Sequence record: MH791404.1
Direction: 5' to 3' (one strand)
Length of the DNA stretch: 23,407 bases
The position numbers and the translations under genes were made by a program. The notes under the pieces are model-generated. The model did no database searches, was not told where the DNA came from, and saw nothing but the letters and a program-made list of their open reading frames with translations. Shown piece after piece: positions 16,419 to 23,407 of the stretch; position 1 is the first letter of the stretch; every line of letters begins with the position of its first letter.

Positions 16419-16767
16419 TACTGAGTTCCTTTAGGATACNNNNNNNNNNNNNNNNNNNNNNNNNNNNNNNNNNNNNNNNNNNNNNNNNNNNNNNNNNNNN
16501 NNNNNNNNNNNNNNNNNNNNNNNNNNNNNNNNNNNNNNNNNNNNNNNNNNNNNNNNNNNNNNNNNNNNNNNNNNNNNNNNNNNNNNNNNNNNNNNNNNNN
16601 NNNNNNNNNNNNNNNNNNNNNNNNNNGGAAATATAAACTCGATCCCCAGAAACTTTGGTTACAAGACGAGGTTTTGACGCAACAACACCACCAACATTAA
16701 TGGATTCGGTTAAAACCCATTTATCAACTAGATGTGCATGTACTTCTACTTTTTCTTTCTTACTCAT
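16411..16767 (-). CDS. Hypothetical protein (about half masked)
   Basis: ORF track; in frame across the N gap, but could be two genes. Confidence 0.5.
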   Translation of the reverse strand: MSKKEKVEVHAHLVDKWVLTESINVGGVVASKPRLVTKVSGDRVYISXXXXXXXXXXXXXXXXXXXXXXXXXXXXXXXXXXXXXXXXXXXXXXXXXXXXXXXXXXXXXXXILKELSNG

Positions 16768-17080
16768 TTATCACCTCAAACTTGTCTGTGTTCATCTCTT
16801 CGAGATGACCCCATTCACTAGTACCCAACGAGATGATTTTCCCTTCTTCTGTGACAATCACGTAATCACGAGCACAAATATCCAAACAATCACCATCTAC
16901 TGTTGGTGGATTATAAGCCTCTTGACCATCAAACGGGATCTGTTTCAGAACATAAACCCATTTGATGTTAGGAAACAACCCTTTCAGGTTAGCCAATGCA
17001 TGTTCACACTTAACATACTTATATGAATCTACATGCCAACTTTCACCATAAAACTCGTTTACACTATCAAAATCAATCAT
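16760..17080 (-). CDS. Hypothetical protein
   Basis: ORF track; SD AAGGTG. Confidence 0.7.
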   Translation of the reverse strand: MIDFDSVNEFYGESWHVDSYKYVKCEHALANLKGLFPNIKWVYVLKQIPFDGQEAYNPPTVDGDCLDICARDYVIVTEEGKIISLGTSEWGHLEEMNTDKFEVINE

Positions 17081-17088
17081 AAATCACC

Positions 17089-17331
17089 TTAAAATTGGAT
17101 ACTTGGGGAAACCATATAACTTTCGATATCCATATGTGGGAAGTACGTGATTGTCAAGGTATCAACCCCTTTAACCATTCGATCCTCGACTGGGACAAGA
17201 CGGTTAATCTCCTTCCGGATCTCCTTGAGGTCATCTTTAACACTATGAGTTTTCCCACGAACCTTTTTTCCAGAAAGGCTGATCGTGGTTTTCCCAAGTA
17301 CATTACTATAATACGAAGTGATATAAACCAT
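17089..17331 (-). CDS. Hypothetical protein
   Basis: ORF track, but its TTG start at 17385 is the -35 of a promoter; ATG 17331 has SD GGAG. Confidence 0.65.
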   Translation of the reverse strand: MVYITSYYSNVLGKTTISLSGKKVRGKTHSVKDDLKEIRKEINRLVPVEDRMVKGVDTLTITYFPHMDIESYMVSPSIQF

Positions 17332-17356
17332 ACTTTTCTCCATTCGGTGTATTGAT

Positions 17357-17385
17357 ATGGTCTCATCCAATACACCTTTTGTCAA
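17357..17385 (-). promoter_or_regulatory. Promoter, ATGA-GA class, with the -10 in a hairpin loop
   Basis: TTGACA-17-GACCAT preceded by GATGA; flanked by GGTGTATTG/CAATACACC (17346-17376). Confidence 0.65.
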
Positions 17386-17398
17386 CTACTTATACTGT

Positions 17399-17584
17399 TT
17401 ACAAACACCAAATATCTTGAGTCTCTGTGTCATCCCGAACTATATCTAGTTCACCCCAACAATCAGTTTTCTTCGCAATTTCGATTGCTTCCTCTTCTGA
17501 GTTTGCATATACATAAGCAGTCTTGTGTCCTCGAATGTATCCACTAATCTCTTTTCTTACCTCATACTCTTTCATCTGACTCAT
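17399..17584 (-). CDS. Small hypothetical protein
   Basis: ORF track; start moved to ATG 17584. Confidence 0.65.
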   Translation of the reverse strand: MSQMKEYEVRKEISGYIRGHKTAYVYANSEEEAIEIAKKTDCWGELDIVRDDTETQDIWCL

Positions 17585-17588
17585 CTTT

Positions 17589-17867
17589 TTACCCCTGATA
17601 ATTCTTTTCAAGTACATCAATGATATGAGAAACCATAGCTTTGTTCTTATCCTTTTCCCAACTAAAGTGTCTGATATCCATAGAGAAAAGACTTTTTGGG
17701 AGAGAAAATTTGCGCATTAAAAATCCATCACCGCGACTCGTGGGGTCATCAACAAAGAAATCATATTCATCTTCCCATACACGAATTTCTTTCAGATATT
17801 TCTTGACAAATTGAGAAACTGTAATATCAATTGTTTTTGTTGTTACTACTTGGTATGTATGTTTCAT
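17589..17867 (-). CDS. Hypothetical protein
   Basis: ORF track; start moved to ATG 17867 (TGATG overlap with the methyltransferase stop). Confidence 0.7.
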   Translation of the reverse strand: MKHTYQVVTTKTIDITVSQFVKKYLKEIRVWEDEYDFFVDDPTSRGDGFLMRKFSLPKSLFSMDIRHFSWEKDKNKAMVSHIIDVLEKNYQG

Positions 17868-18583
17868 CAGTAAAATTCCGCAGTTGCTATTTCGACCATG
17901 GGACTTACACCATGCCACTCAGAAAGATAAATCGAAGTGTCTACACCACATCCCGGTTCAAGACGGATACCGGTTTGTTCGGTGAACTTCAAATACTTAT
18001 TTGACGGTTCTTTATCACAGAAAGAACGTACCCCACTATATTTAAATCCGGAACTCATCTGGGGGATAATAAAGACTCCGAATTCGGATACCTTGCTAGC
18101 GGCCTCTATTACCTTATATTCGAATTCTGCGCCAGTATACCGACCTTTATAACCAGATGTATTGATGTTTCCAAAAGGTGGATTGCTAATACAAAAATCA
18201 AACCGGTCAATAGTGTTATCGCAGTATTCCAGTGCATCACCACGGATCCAGTTTGCATTAGGTACGACTCGTTTACCAACCTCAAAATATTCGTGGTTCA
18301 ACTCAACACAAGTAACATCGTTGTCGTACAACCAGAAAGACAAACCACCAATACCAGCACATAGATCCAATACAGAACGGTCTGGGTTAACTTCGATCAT
18401 AGCATCACGAGCTAACATAACTGGGGTGAAAAATGCACCAGCAAGGCCATTCATCTGGGTTGCACCCTCTTGATAATTCTCAAGGATAAAACGACGTTCG
18501 TCCCATGAAAGTTCCTTATCAGAGTGAACAAGATCCATTGCCTTATTATGGAGTTTCAACGCCTGTTTGCTGATCTTAGCCAT
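17867..18583 (-). CDS. SAM-dependent amino (N6-adenine or N4-cytosine) DNA methyltransferase, gamma order
   Basis: GAFFTP (motif X), VLDLCAGIGGL (motif I), VELN, GDAL, ISNPPFG (motif IV). Confidence 0.85.
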   Translation of the reverse strand: MAKISKQALKLHNKAMDLVHSDKELSWDERRFILENYQEGATQMNGLAGAFFTPVMLARDAMIEVNPDRSVLDLCAGIGGLSFWLYDNDVTCVELNHEYFEVGKRVVPNANWIRGDALEYCDNTIDRFDFCISNPPFGNINTSGYKGRYTGAEFEYKVIEAASKVSEFGVFIIPQMSSGFKYSGVRSFCDKEPSNKYLKFTEQTGIRLEPGCGVDTSIYLSEWHGVSPMVEIATAEFY

Positions 18584-18586
18584 TGG

Positions 18587-18889
18587 TCATTTACTCCATC
18601 GCTTGTATTCGGTAGGGCAGATGTCTTGAACAGGACATTCATCGCAGTAACCGGAAGTATGCATTACTTCCTTACCGGGTATGGTTACATCTTCCCATTC
18701 ATCTGGGTCAATTTCTTCATTATGAATACAACCCCAAATATCAGCCTCTTCCTTTCCCCAGTAGAAGATTGGCATTGTGTTAGCAATTTTGGTGCAAAGT
18801 TGTTGAAGCTGTTTCTTGTTGTCCATTACATTACGTTTTTGAACGGCTTTCAGTTCTTTATACTCTTCTTCTGTCAAAATGTATTGCAT
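18587..18889 (-). CDS. Cys-rich hypothetical protein, possibly metal-binding
   Basis: ORF track; C...GCIH...GYCDECPVQDICP. Confidence 0.7.
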   Translation of the reverse strand: MQYILTEEEYKELKAVQKRNVMDNKKQLQQLCTKIANTMPIFYWGKEEADIWGCIHNEEIDPDEWEDVTIPGKEVMHTSGYCDECPVQDICPTEYKRWSK

Positions 18890-19119
18890 TACACAAACTC
18901 CAATTTAAGGAAAGACCCTTGGAGATGACCGACGTTTCTACCACCCATGGACGGAACGCCAAGATAAGAATCCCACTCAATTCCATATTGAGTTTTCTTG
19001 TGGAACTGCACAACATGAATAGATCGAACATCTGGTTTCTTATCTGTTCCGCTATTCCACAAGTAGGTTCCGGGGGTTTTGGGTGTATAAGGTGAAAAAC
19101 TACTCAGACTAATATCCAT
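18889..19119 (-). CDS. Hypothetical protein
   Basis: ORF track; start moved to ATG 19119 (TGATG overlap, SD GAGGA). Confidence 0.65.
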   Translation of the reverse strand: MDISLSSFSPYTPKTPGTYLWNSGTDKKPDVRSIHVVQFHKKTQYGIEWDSYLGVPSMGGRNVGHLQGSFLKLEFV

Positions 19120-19370
19120 CACTTGTCCTCTTTCAGCATATCGATAAACGCCCCACGAATCGATTCCTTGCATTCTTCGGTGTTTTGGTTGCTACCACAC
19201 CAGATAGACTCAGCAACGCCTTTAAGGCCCTGCTCCTGTACGTTAACGGCAGCATAACCAACAAGAGCGACTTGTGCTGCAATCATCAAGAGAACACCGA
19301 TAAAGAACACGGTAAAGATCTTGTTGAAGTGGCGGAAAAACCAAGGCTGATTGCTGTTAAAATTGCGCAT
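19119..19370 (-). CDS. Small membrane protein (1 TM)
   Basis: ORF track; hydrophobic segment IFTVFFIGVLLMIAAQVALVGYAAV. Confidence 0.7.
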   Translation of the reverse strand: MRNFNSNQPWFFRHFNKIFTVFFIGVLLMIAAQVALVGYAAVNVQEQGLKGVAESIWCGSNQNTEECKESIRGAFIDMLKEDK

Positions 19371-19373
19371 ATT

Positions 19374-19859
19374 TTATTCCTCAATGTCAATACTAAAATT
19401 TGATGGGGTGATATTCGAGCCTACCGACTCAAGTTCTTTGTAGATATCACGTTCTCGAATCTTAAGCTGTTGTAGTTCTTTTGTCAACATACTTTCTTTA
19501 CTTTTAATATGACTCCGAACGAATTTATCCTTGACATACTCAGATACTTCTGGGTCGTTCATAGCCCATTCCATCATCATAGTCATTGTGAACTCTGGTT
19601 GACCACTCAAAATAATTTCTTCTGAATCAAGAAAAGATTCCATCTCAGTTTTGGTAAATGGCATTTTGTACCCCGGATGGTAGTTAACTGTTTTCCGATC
19701 TTCACTAATAACAACCGGTCGAAATAATTCGTCCTCTTCTATAGTAAACCATTTGGGGTATTCGCATACAGAAATGATACTATTGTATAAATTGTCACTA
19801 TTGTTGAGGACAAACAAATCCCAAGTATTTTGACTTTTAAACTTATATTTCTTTTTCAT
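19374..19859 (-). CDS. GoF/ComC-alpha-like protein
   Basis: YKFKS...DLF....SDN...F.I.....FRP..I...FTKTE..FLD.EE parallels recalled T4 GoF (YQFKN...NF..DHTDN...FKI...GRPTKI...STNEAGFFDEVE); start moved to 19859. Confidence 0.55.
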   Translation of the reverse strand: MKKKYKFKSQNTWDLFVLNNSDNLYNSIISVCEYPKWFTIEEDELFRPVVISEDRKTVNYHPGYKMPFTKTEMESFLDSEEIILSGQPEFTMTMMMEWAMNDPEVSEYVKDKFVRSHIKSKESMLTKELQQLKIRERDIYKELESVGSNITPSNFSIDIEE

Positions 19860-19860
19860 C

Positions 19861-20079
19861 TTATTTCCCATTCAAAAATTGTTTCAGTTGTTCTTTACAT
19901 TGGTCGAGTTCAATACGAGCTTGTGCTTTAGCTGCCTTATTGACTTCATTCCGAATAGTATTGCTGTAGATCCAATGGTTGTCGGTGCCACCAGAAGTTG
20001 TTACAGAGATACCGTTTTTGATAATATCTTCCAAAACTTTGATCTGATCAATGATTTTATGGGATTGTTCGTAAGTCAT
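19861..20079 (-). CDS. Hypothetical protein
   Basis: ORF track; SD AGGAG. Confidence 0.7.
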   Translation of the reverse strand: MTYEQSHKIIDQIKVLEDIIKNGISVTTSGGTDNHWIYSNTIRNEVNKAAKAQARIELDQCKEQLKQFLNGK

Positions 20080-20093
20080 ATTGTATCTCCTAA

Positions 20094-20324
20094 TTATCCG
20101 AGGTCTTGAAGGATGAGAATGGTTCGGTTTGCTGGGTTTGCGTGAACATCATAGAACCCTTTATACTGGCCGTCTGTGATGACGAAGGAGTTACCCCAAC
20201 CAATAGATACCTTTTGGTAATTGATATCGTGACGCTTAAAGAAACGTTCTGCCATTTCTTCACAGTGTCCAGACAACCAACGAAGTTCAACAGCATAAGC
20301 ACCTGTTGGAAGAAGTTCAAACAT
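20094..20324 (-). CDS. Hypothetical protein
   Basis: ORF track; SD AAGGAG. Confidence 0.7.
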   Translation of the reverse strand: MFELLPTGAYAVELRWLSGHCEEMAERFFKRHDINYQKVSIGWGNSFVITDGQYKGFYDVHANPANRTILILQDLG

Positions 20325-20338
20325 CGTGTTGTATCTCC

Positions 20339-20539
20339 TTAATTAAACCAAGGGTCATCAATCATTTCTTCTAAACGAGCTTGGATTTCTTTGATCTCTT
20401 GCTCGTAATCAGCGAGAAGACCAGCATATTCTTTTTTGGTGTTATCGTCAAGATCTTTTTCCAACTCATTTCGAACATATGCCGCCTTTTTACCTAAAGT
20501 CTCTAGCTTGTCCATGTTCAGTTTAACGTAATGGTTCAT
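20339..20539 (-). CDS. Small coiled-coil hypothetical protein
   Basis: ORF track; SD GGAGG; follows a promoter. Confidence 0.7.
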   Translation of the reverse strand: MNHYVKLNMDKLETLGKKAAYVRNELEKDLDDNTKKEYAGLLADYEQEIKEIQARLEEMIDDPWFN

Positions 20540-20560
20540 ATAGTTTCCTCCGAATCAACA

Positions 20561-20595
20561 AAGCCCATTCTATATGAATGGGCTTATAAATGCAA
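20561..20595 (-). promoter_or_regulatory. Sigma70-type promoter overlapping a 10-bp terminator-like hairpin
   Basis: TTGCAT-17-TAGAAT; minus strand AAGCCCATTC-ATATA-GAATGGGCTT then TGTT. Confidence 0.65.
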
Positions 20596-20605
20596 CTACT
20601 ATTTT

Positions 20606-20848
20606 TTAGAAACTATCCGAATTCATATAAGCTTGATAAAGGTAAATTTTTGGGCCATAATGAGAATATTTCTCAATCCACAAAAATTCATGTTCCAGAC
20701 CAAATTTATCTGATGCTTTCCAGATATATCCATCGTCTCTATTTGCGTTGACTTTGGTAAATTCCGGTTTCTTTGTGCATGTAAATGGGCCAAACCGACC
20801 GTCCCAAAAAACAGTACCTTTATCTATTTTTTCGATTGTATCTTTCAT
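20606..20848 (-). CDS. Hypothetical protein
   Basis: ORF track; ATGA overlap. Confidence 0.7.
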   Translation of the reverse strand: MKDTIEKIDKGTVFWDGRFGPFTCTKKPEFTKVNANRDDGYIWKASDKFGLEHEFLWIEKYSHYGPKIYLYQAYMNSDSF

Positions 20849-21294
20849 ATTTGTACCTCGTGATATGACAATATAATATCGTTTACCGTATCAATAGAAC
20901 ATGACTTGATGACGTCTTTACTGGTGTAGTATGTCATTACTAACACGTCTTCGCCATGGATATTCATTTCAGACACAAAGAAATCATATACATCATCATA
21001 TCCATACTCAATGATTTTCCCAGTTGACCCACTCTGTAACCGTTCTGTTATAACCCGATTCACATCATGACCGGGTGGGGTGTTGATTCCATGTTCTACA
21101 TGCACGATATCATCGCCGTGTTTTTCTTGAAACTCGATACTGGACATATAAACAGGTTTGTTTCCTAGTGGATTTGTTGTGATTTGTCGAGTCTCGTGAA
21201 CCCGAACTAAAAGTTGTACATCACCTTTCATAAAAACAGTGTAATAACCGAAAGTCAATTTCTTGACAAAATCATTTAGCTTTATATTCATCAC
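20845..21294 (-). CDS. Hypothetical protein
   Basis: ORF track; SD AAGGA. Confidence 0.7.
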   Translation of the reverse strand: MMNIKLNDFVKKLTFGYYTVFMKGDVQLLVRVHETRQITTNPLGNKPVYMSSIEFQEKHGDDIVHVEHGINTPPGHDVNRVITERLQSGSTGKIIEYGYDDVYDFFVSEMNIHGEDVLVMTYYTSKDVIKSCSIDTVNDIILSYHEVQI

Positions 21295-21300
21295 AAGTCC

Positions 21301-21531
21301 TTACAGAGTAACAAAGTAATAGATGCCGTAATACCAAAGGATCTCGGTAATAGTACCAATTGGGTGTTGATTGATCGTCAGTTTTCCATCACCAAACAGC
21401 TTGTTGTTGATTATCGCAATACGAAGAATTGGGGAATTCCAATAGAAGTATGTACCAATAACCATAAGTGCCAGAGAAAAACATTCCCAACCAGACAAAG
21501 TAAACAACCAAGTATTGATAGATTCGAACAT
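21301..21531 (-). CDS. Small membrane protein (1-2 TM)
   Basis: ORF track; hydrophobic and aromatic-rich; SD GAGGA. Confidence 0.7.
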   Translation of the reverse strand: MFESINTWLFTLSGWECFSLALMVIGTYFYWNSPILRIAIINNKLFGDGKLTINQHPIGTITEILWYYGIYYFVTL

Positions 21532-21541
21532 AATAATTTCC

Positions 21542-21925
21542 TCAGTTAAATTTGGCTACAACAGCCATAAAGTTTTCGACGTTTTCATTAAAGAACTTGA
21601 TTACTGCATCACATGCTTCAAGTTGGGTTTTCTTCTTACGAAGTACCGGCTTACCAACACTACTCAAAAGGACTTTAAACTTTGTTTCATCTTCGTGCAT
21701 AATGAATTGAATGGTTCGCCCGTTGAAGTATTCGACCCCACCTTCAACCTCTTTACCAGTTGCAATGAATGCAACGGTAGTATCGGCTTGCCCAATACAC
21801 CAGCTAGGATATGCCTGAATGTATGGGAGAAGAACAGGATCTACCTTAGAAAGGATATAATCCGCATTCTTTTGCATTTCTGCGATACGGGTGGCCTTGT
21901 TTACTTCATATTCGTTAGCAGTCAT
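21542..21925 (-). CDS. Hypothetical protein
   Basis: ORF track; SD GAGGA; follows a promoter. Confidence 0.7.
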   Translation of the reverse strand: MTANEYEVNKATRIAEMQKNADYILSKVDPVLLPYIQAYPSWCIGQADTTVAFIATGKEVEGGVEYFNGRTIQFIMHEDETKFKVLLSSVGKPVLRKKKTQLEACDAVIKFFNENVENFMAVVAKFN

Positions 21926-21953
21926 GATTTCTTCCTCTGGTTTCGATATGGAT

Positions 21954-21982
21954 AATGTAATCTATCTATTTTCAAAAAGCAA
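21954..21982 (-). promoter_or_regulatory. Sigma70-type promoter
   Basis: TTGCTT-17-TACATT, followed by the TCGAAAC leader motif. Confidence 0.55.
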
Positions 21983-22163
21983 TAGCTATTTCATCACAAT
22001 GTCGATAAACATATGATTTTCTTCCGACGAATACGCGATAGCTTCCGCCAATAGTTANNNNNNNNNNNNNNNNNNNNNNNNNNNNNACGCCATATCGAAG
22101 AAGGTTTCTATCAACAAGTTCTTTTTTGATGATGTTAACGAAATCTACTGAGACAATCTTCAT
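21972..22163 (-). CDS. Small hypothetical protein (partly masked)
   Basis: ORF track; start moved to ATG 22163 (SD AAGGA). Confidence 0.55.
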   Translation of the reverse strand: MKIVSVDFVNIIKKELVDRNLLRYGXXXXXXXXXXXTIGGSYRVFVGRKSYVYRHCDEIAIAF

Positions 22164-22266
22164 AGTATTTTTCCTTACGAACTTCAAGCCAGACCAACAG
22201 ACCAAATATTACTACAACACCAATCACGGTTTCAAGAACAAAAACATTAAGAAATGTCATAAAATC

Positions 22267-22506
22267 TCACATATCCAAATAAATATTACTTGCTTTTTCT
22301 AGGTCTTCTTCACTGAAAAACCCATAAACAAGACCATCCAGCCCCATGGTGGATTCATCCCCCTCTCTTTCTTCCCATTCGTATTTTATTCCTGATAGTT
22401 CGAGATGAGTTTCAAACACAGAAGCTGAATTATTCCAGTAGTCAAACCACAATGTATAATGCACTTTACACCCCATATTCTCTTTTGTAAAGTTCAATAT
22501 CGTCAT
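22267..22506 (-). CDS. Small acidic hypothetical protein
   Basis: ORF track. Confidence 0.65.
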   Translation of the reverse strand: MTILNFTKENMGCKVHYTLWFDYWNNSASVFETHLELSGIKYEWEEREGDESTMGLDGLVYGFFSEEDLEKASNIYLDM

Positions 22507-22675
22507 CGGTAACGTATGATGAACTACATTTCGTCATATAGCAAGCACTTTCTTTGTTCATCTTAAAGATTCTAGCCGAACCAATTGATACATAAGGAAT
22601 TTTATTCAGGTTGAGGAATGAGTCAACCCATTCCTCTTTACCTTCAACCTCAAGTTTAACAAGCCCGTCGTTCAT
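22466..22675 (-). CDS. Small hypothetical protein
   Basis: ORF track; start moved to ATG 22675 (SD GAGGA). Confidence 0.6.
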   Translation of the reverse strand: MNDGLVKLEVEGKEEWVDSFLNLNKIPYVSIGSARIFKMNKESACYMTKCSSSYVTDDDIELYKREYGV

Positions 22676-23168
22676 CTCGGATCCTCTCAACCAGACCACC
22701 AACACCAACCTCAAGGTCGTTACAAAAATAAGAAGGTAGGTCGTCGTTGTAAAGTGTAATCAAATGACCATAACCGACTGTCAAGATCTCTTCATTACCT
22801 TCAATTTCAACGATAATAGAGTCGGACTTAAAGAAATCTTTTACCACAAAACATACATGTTTAAGACGGTCTGCGTCGTCATAATAAGAAGCTCGTACAA
22901 TATCACCAATCTTAAGTTCTTCACGTTCACCAAACGTATACAAACAGCCGTCGATAAAGGCGTAATGCCACTGCGTTGTGTTACAGTGAGATGTTTGTGT
23001 TTTGTAATAGTAACTATGCACAGAATCAAATTTGATCTCTACACCGTTATCTAGTTTGATCTGACCATACATATGGTTTATATCAACGATTTTCGACTTG
23101 AGGTTACCATCATTAAATGAATCGCCAATAGCCAACTTACCCCAAGTATTCTTTTTCCAGAAAATCAT
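22656..23168 (-). CDS. Hypothetical protein with two beta-rich modules (L.IGD...)
   Basis: ORF track; ATGA overlap. Confidence 0.7.
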   Translation of the reverse strand: MIFWKKNTWGKLAIGDSFNDGNLKSKIVDINHMYGQIKLDNGVEIKFDSVHSYYYKTQTSHCNTTQWHYAFIDGCLYTFGEREELKIGDIVRASYYDDADRLKHVCFVVKDFFKSDSIIVEIEGNEEILTVGYGHLITLYNDDLPSYFCNDLEVGVGGLVERIRDERRAC

Positions 23169-23407
23169 ACGTCTTCCCTCAATTTTTCGACGTCTTGTTC
23201 GATATCATCAATCTGCCCACGGAGTTTTTCCCGCTTCCAATAATGGTCAACCCCTGTCAATGCTTCAATATTAAAACATTCTTCGATTTCGCCATCAAGT
23301 TCACGAACTTTATAATACAGACTCACGATCTCCAACTCGTTTTTATGACCAATCGGAAGAAAACGAGTTGGGGATAATTGAATTTTAATCCCAGGCAGTT
23401 GAACAAG
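23165..23407 (-). CDS. Partial hypothetical protein entering from the right edge (not in the ORF track)
   Basis: Hand translation is open from 23407 to TGA at 23165 (...LRGQIDDIEQDVEKLREDV*); overlaps the next ATG. Confidence 0.65.
   Translation of the reverse strand, partial: LVQLPGIKIQLSPTRFLPIGHKNELEIVSLYYKVRELDGEIEECFNIEALTGVDHYWKREKLRGQIDDIEQDVEKLREDV

Noticed and set aside
21975-21982. TTGCTTTT as a MotA box
   Set aside because: Its spacing to the -10 is 17 bp, typical of a -35, not the 11-13 bp of T4 middle promoters; no motA seen.
22206-22266. Promoter in the gap upstream of 21972-22163
   Set aside because: It contains TTGAAAC and ATGACA, but no -35/-10 pair with convincing spacing.
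533-23377. All plus-strand ORFs in the track (for example 533-1018, 3874-4380, 8995-9381, 15671-16006, 18524-18928)
   Set aside because: They are antisense shadows of tightly packed minus-strand genes, without credible SD or promoter and with no recognisable motifs.

Overview
A 23.4 kb, AT-rich, gene-dense segment of a T4-related (Tevenvirinae/Straboviridae-like) lytic phage; essentially all credible genes are on the minus strand. In transcription order (right to left): about 30 small hypothetical early ORFs, including an orphan gamma-class amino DNA methyltransferase, a goF/ComC-alpha-like ORF and a GatB/YqeY protein; a highly structured ~200 bp intergenic region; ndd; topoisomerase II subunit 52; two paralogous membrane proteins where T4 has motA; asiA; a small Arr-like ADP-ribosyltransferase; a Tk.4-like macrodomain; the i-/o-spanin pair; and a long gp36-like tail fibre with repeated knob domains that runs off the left edge (missing from the ORF track). 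The most interesting unexplained signals are non-coding: a recurring promoter class with an ATGA-GA extended -10 (G at -12) in a phage that has asiA but no visible motA, promoters built into hairpins or terminators, a CTAAATA late-promoter candidate inside a terminator loop, and a cluster of long inverted repeats and mini-hairpins at 11400-11563 (possible origin or cruciform). All family assignments come from recalled similarity and visible motifs, not database searches. N-runs hide about 1 kb. A gammaproteobacterial host (for example Aeromonas or Vibrio) is inference only.
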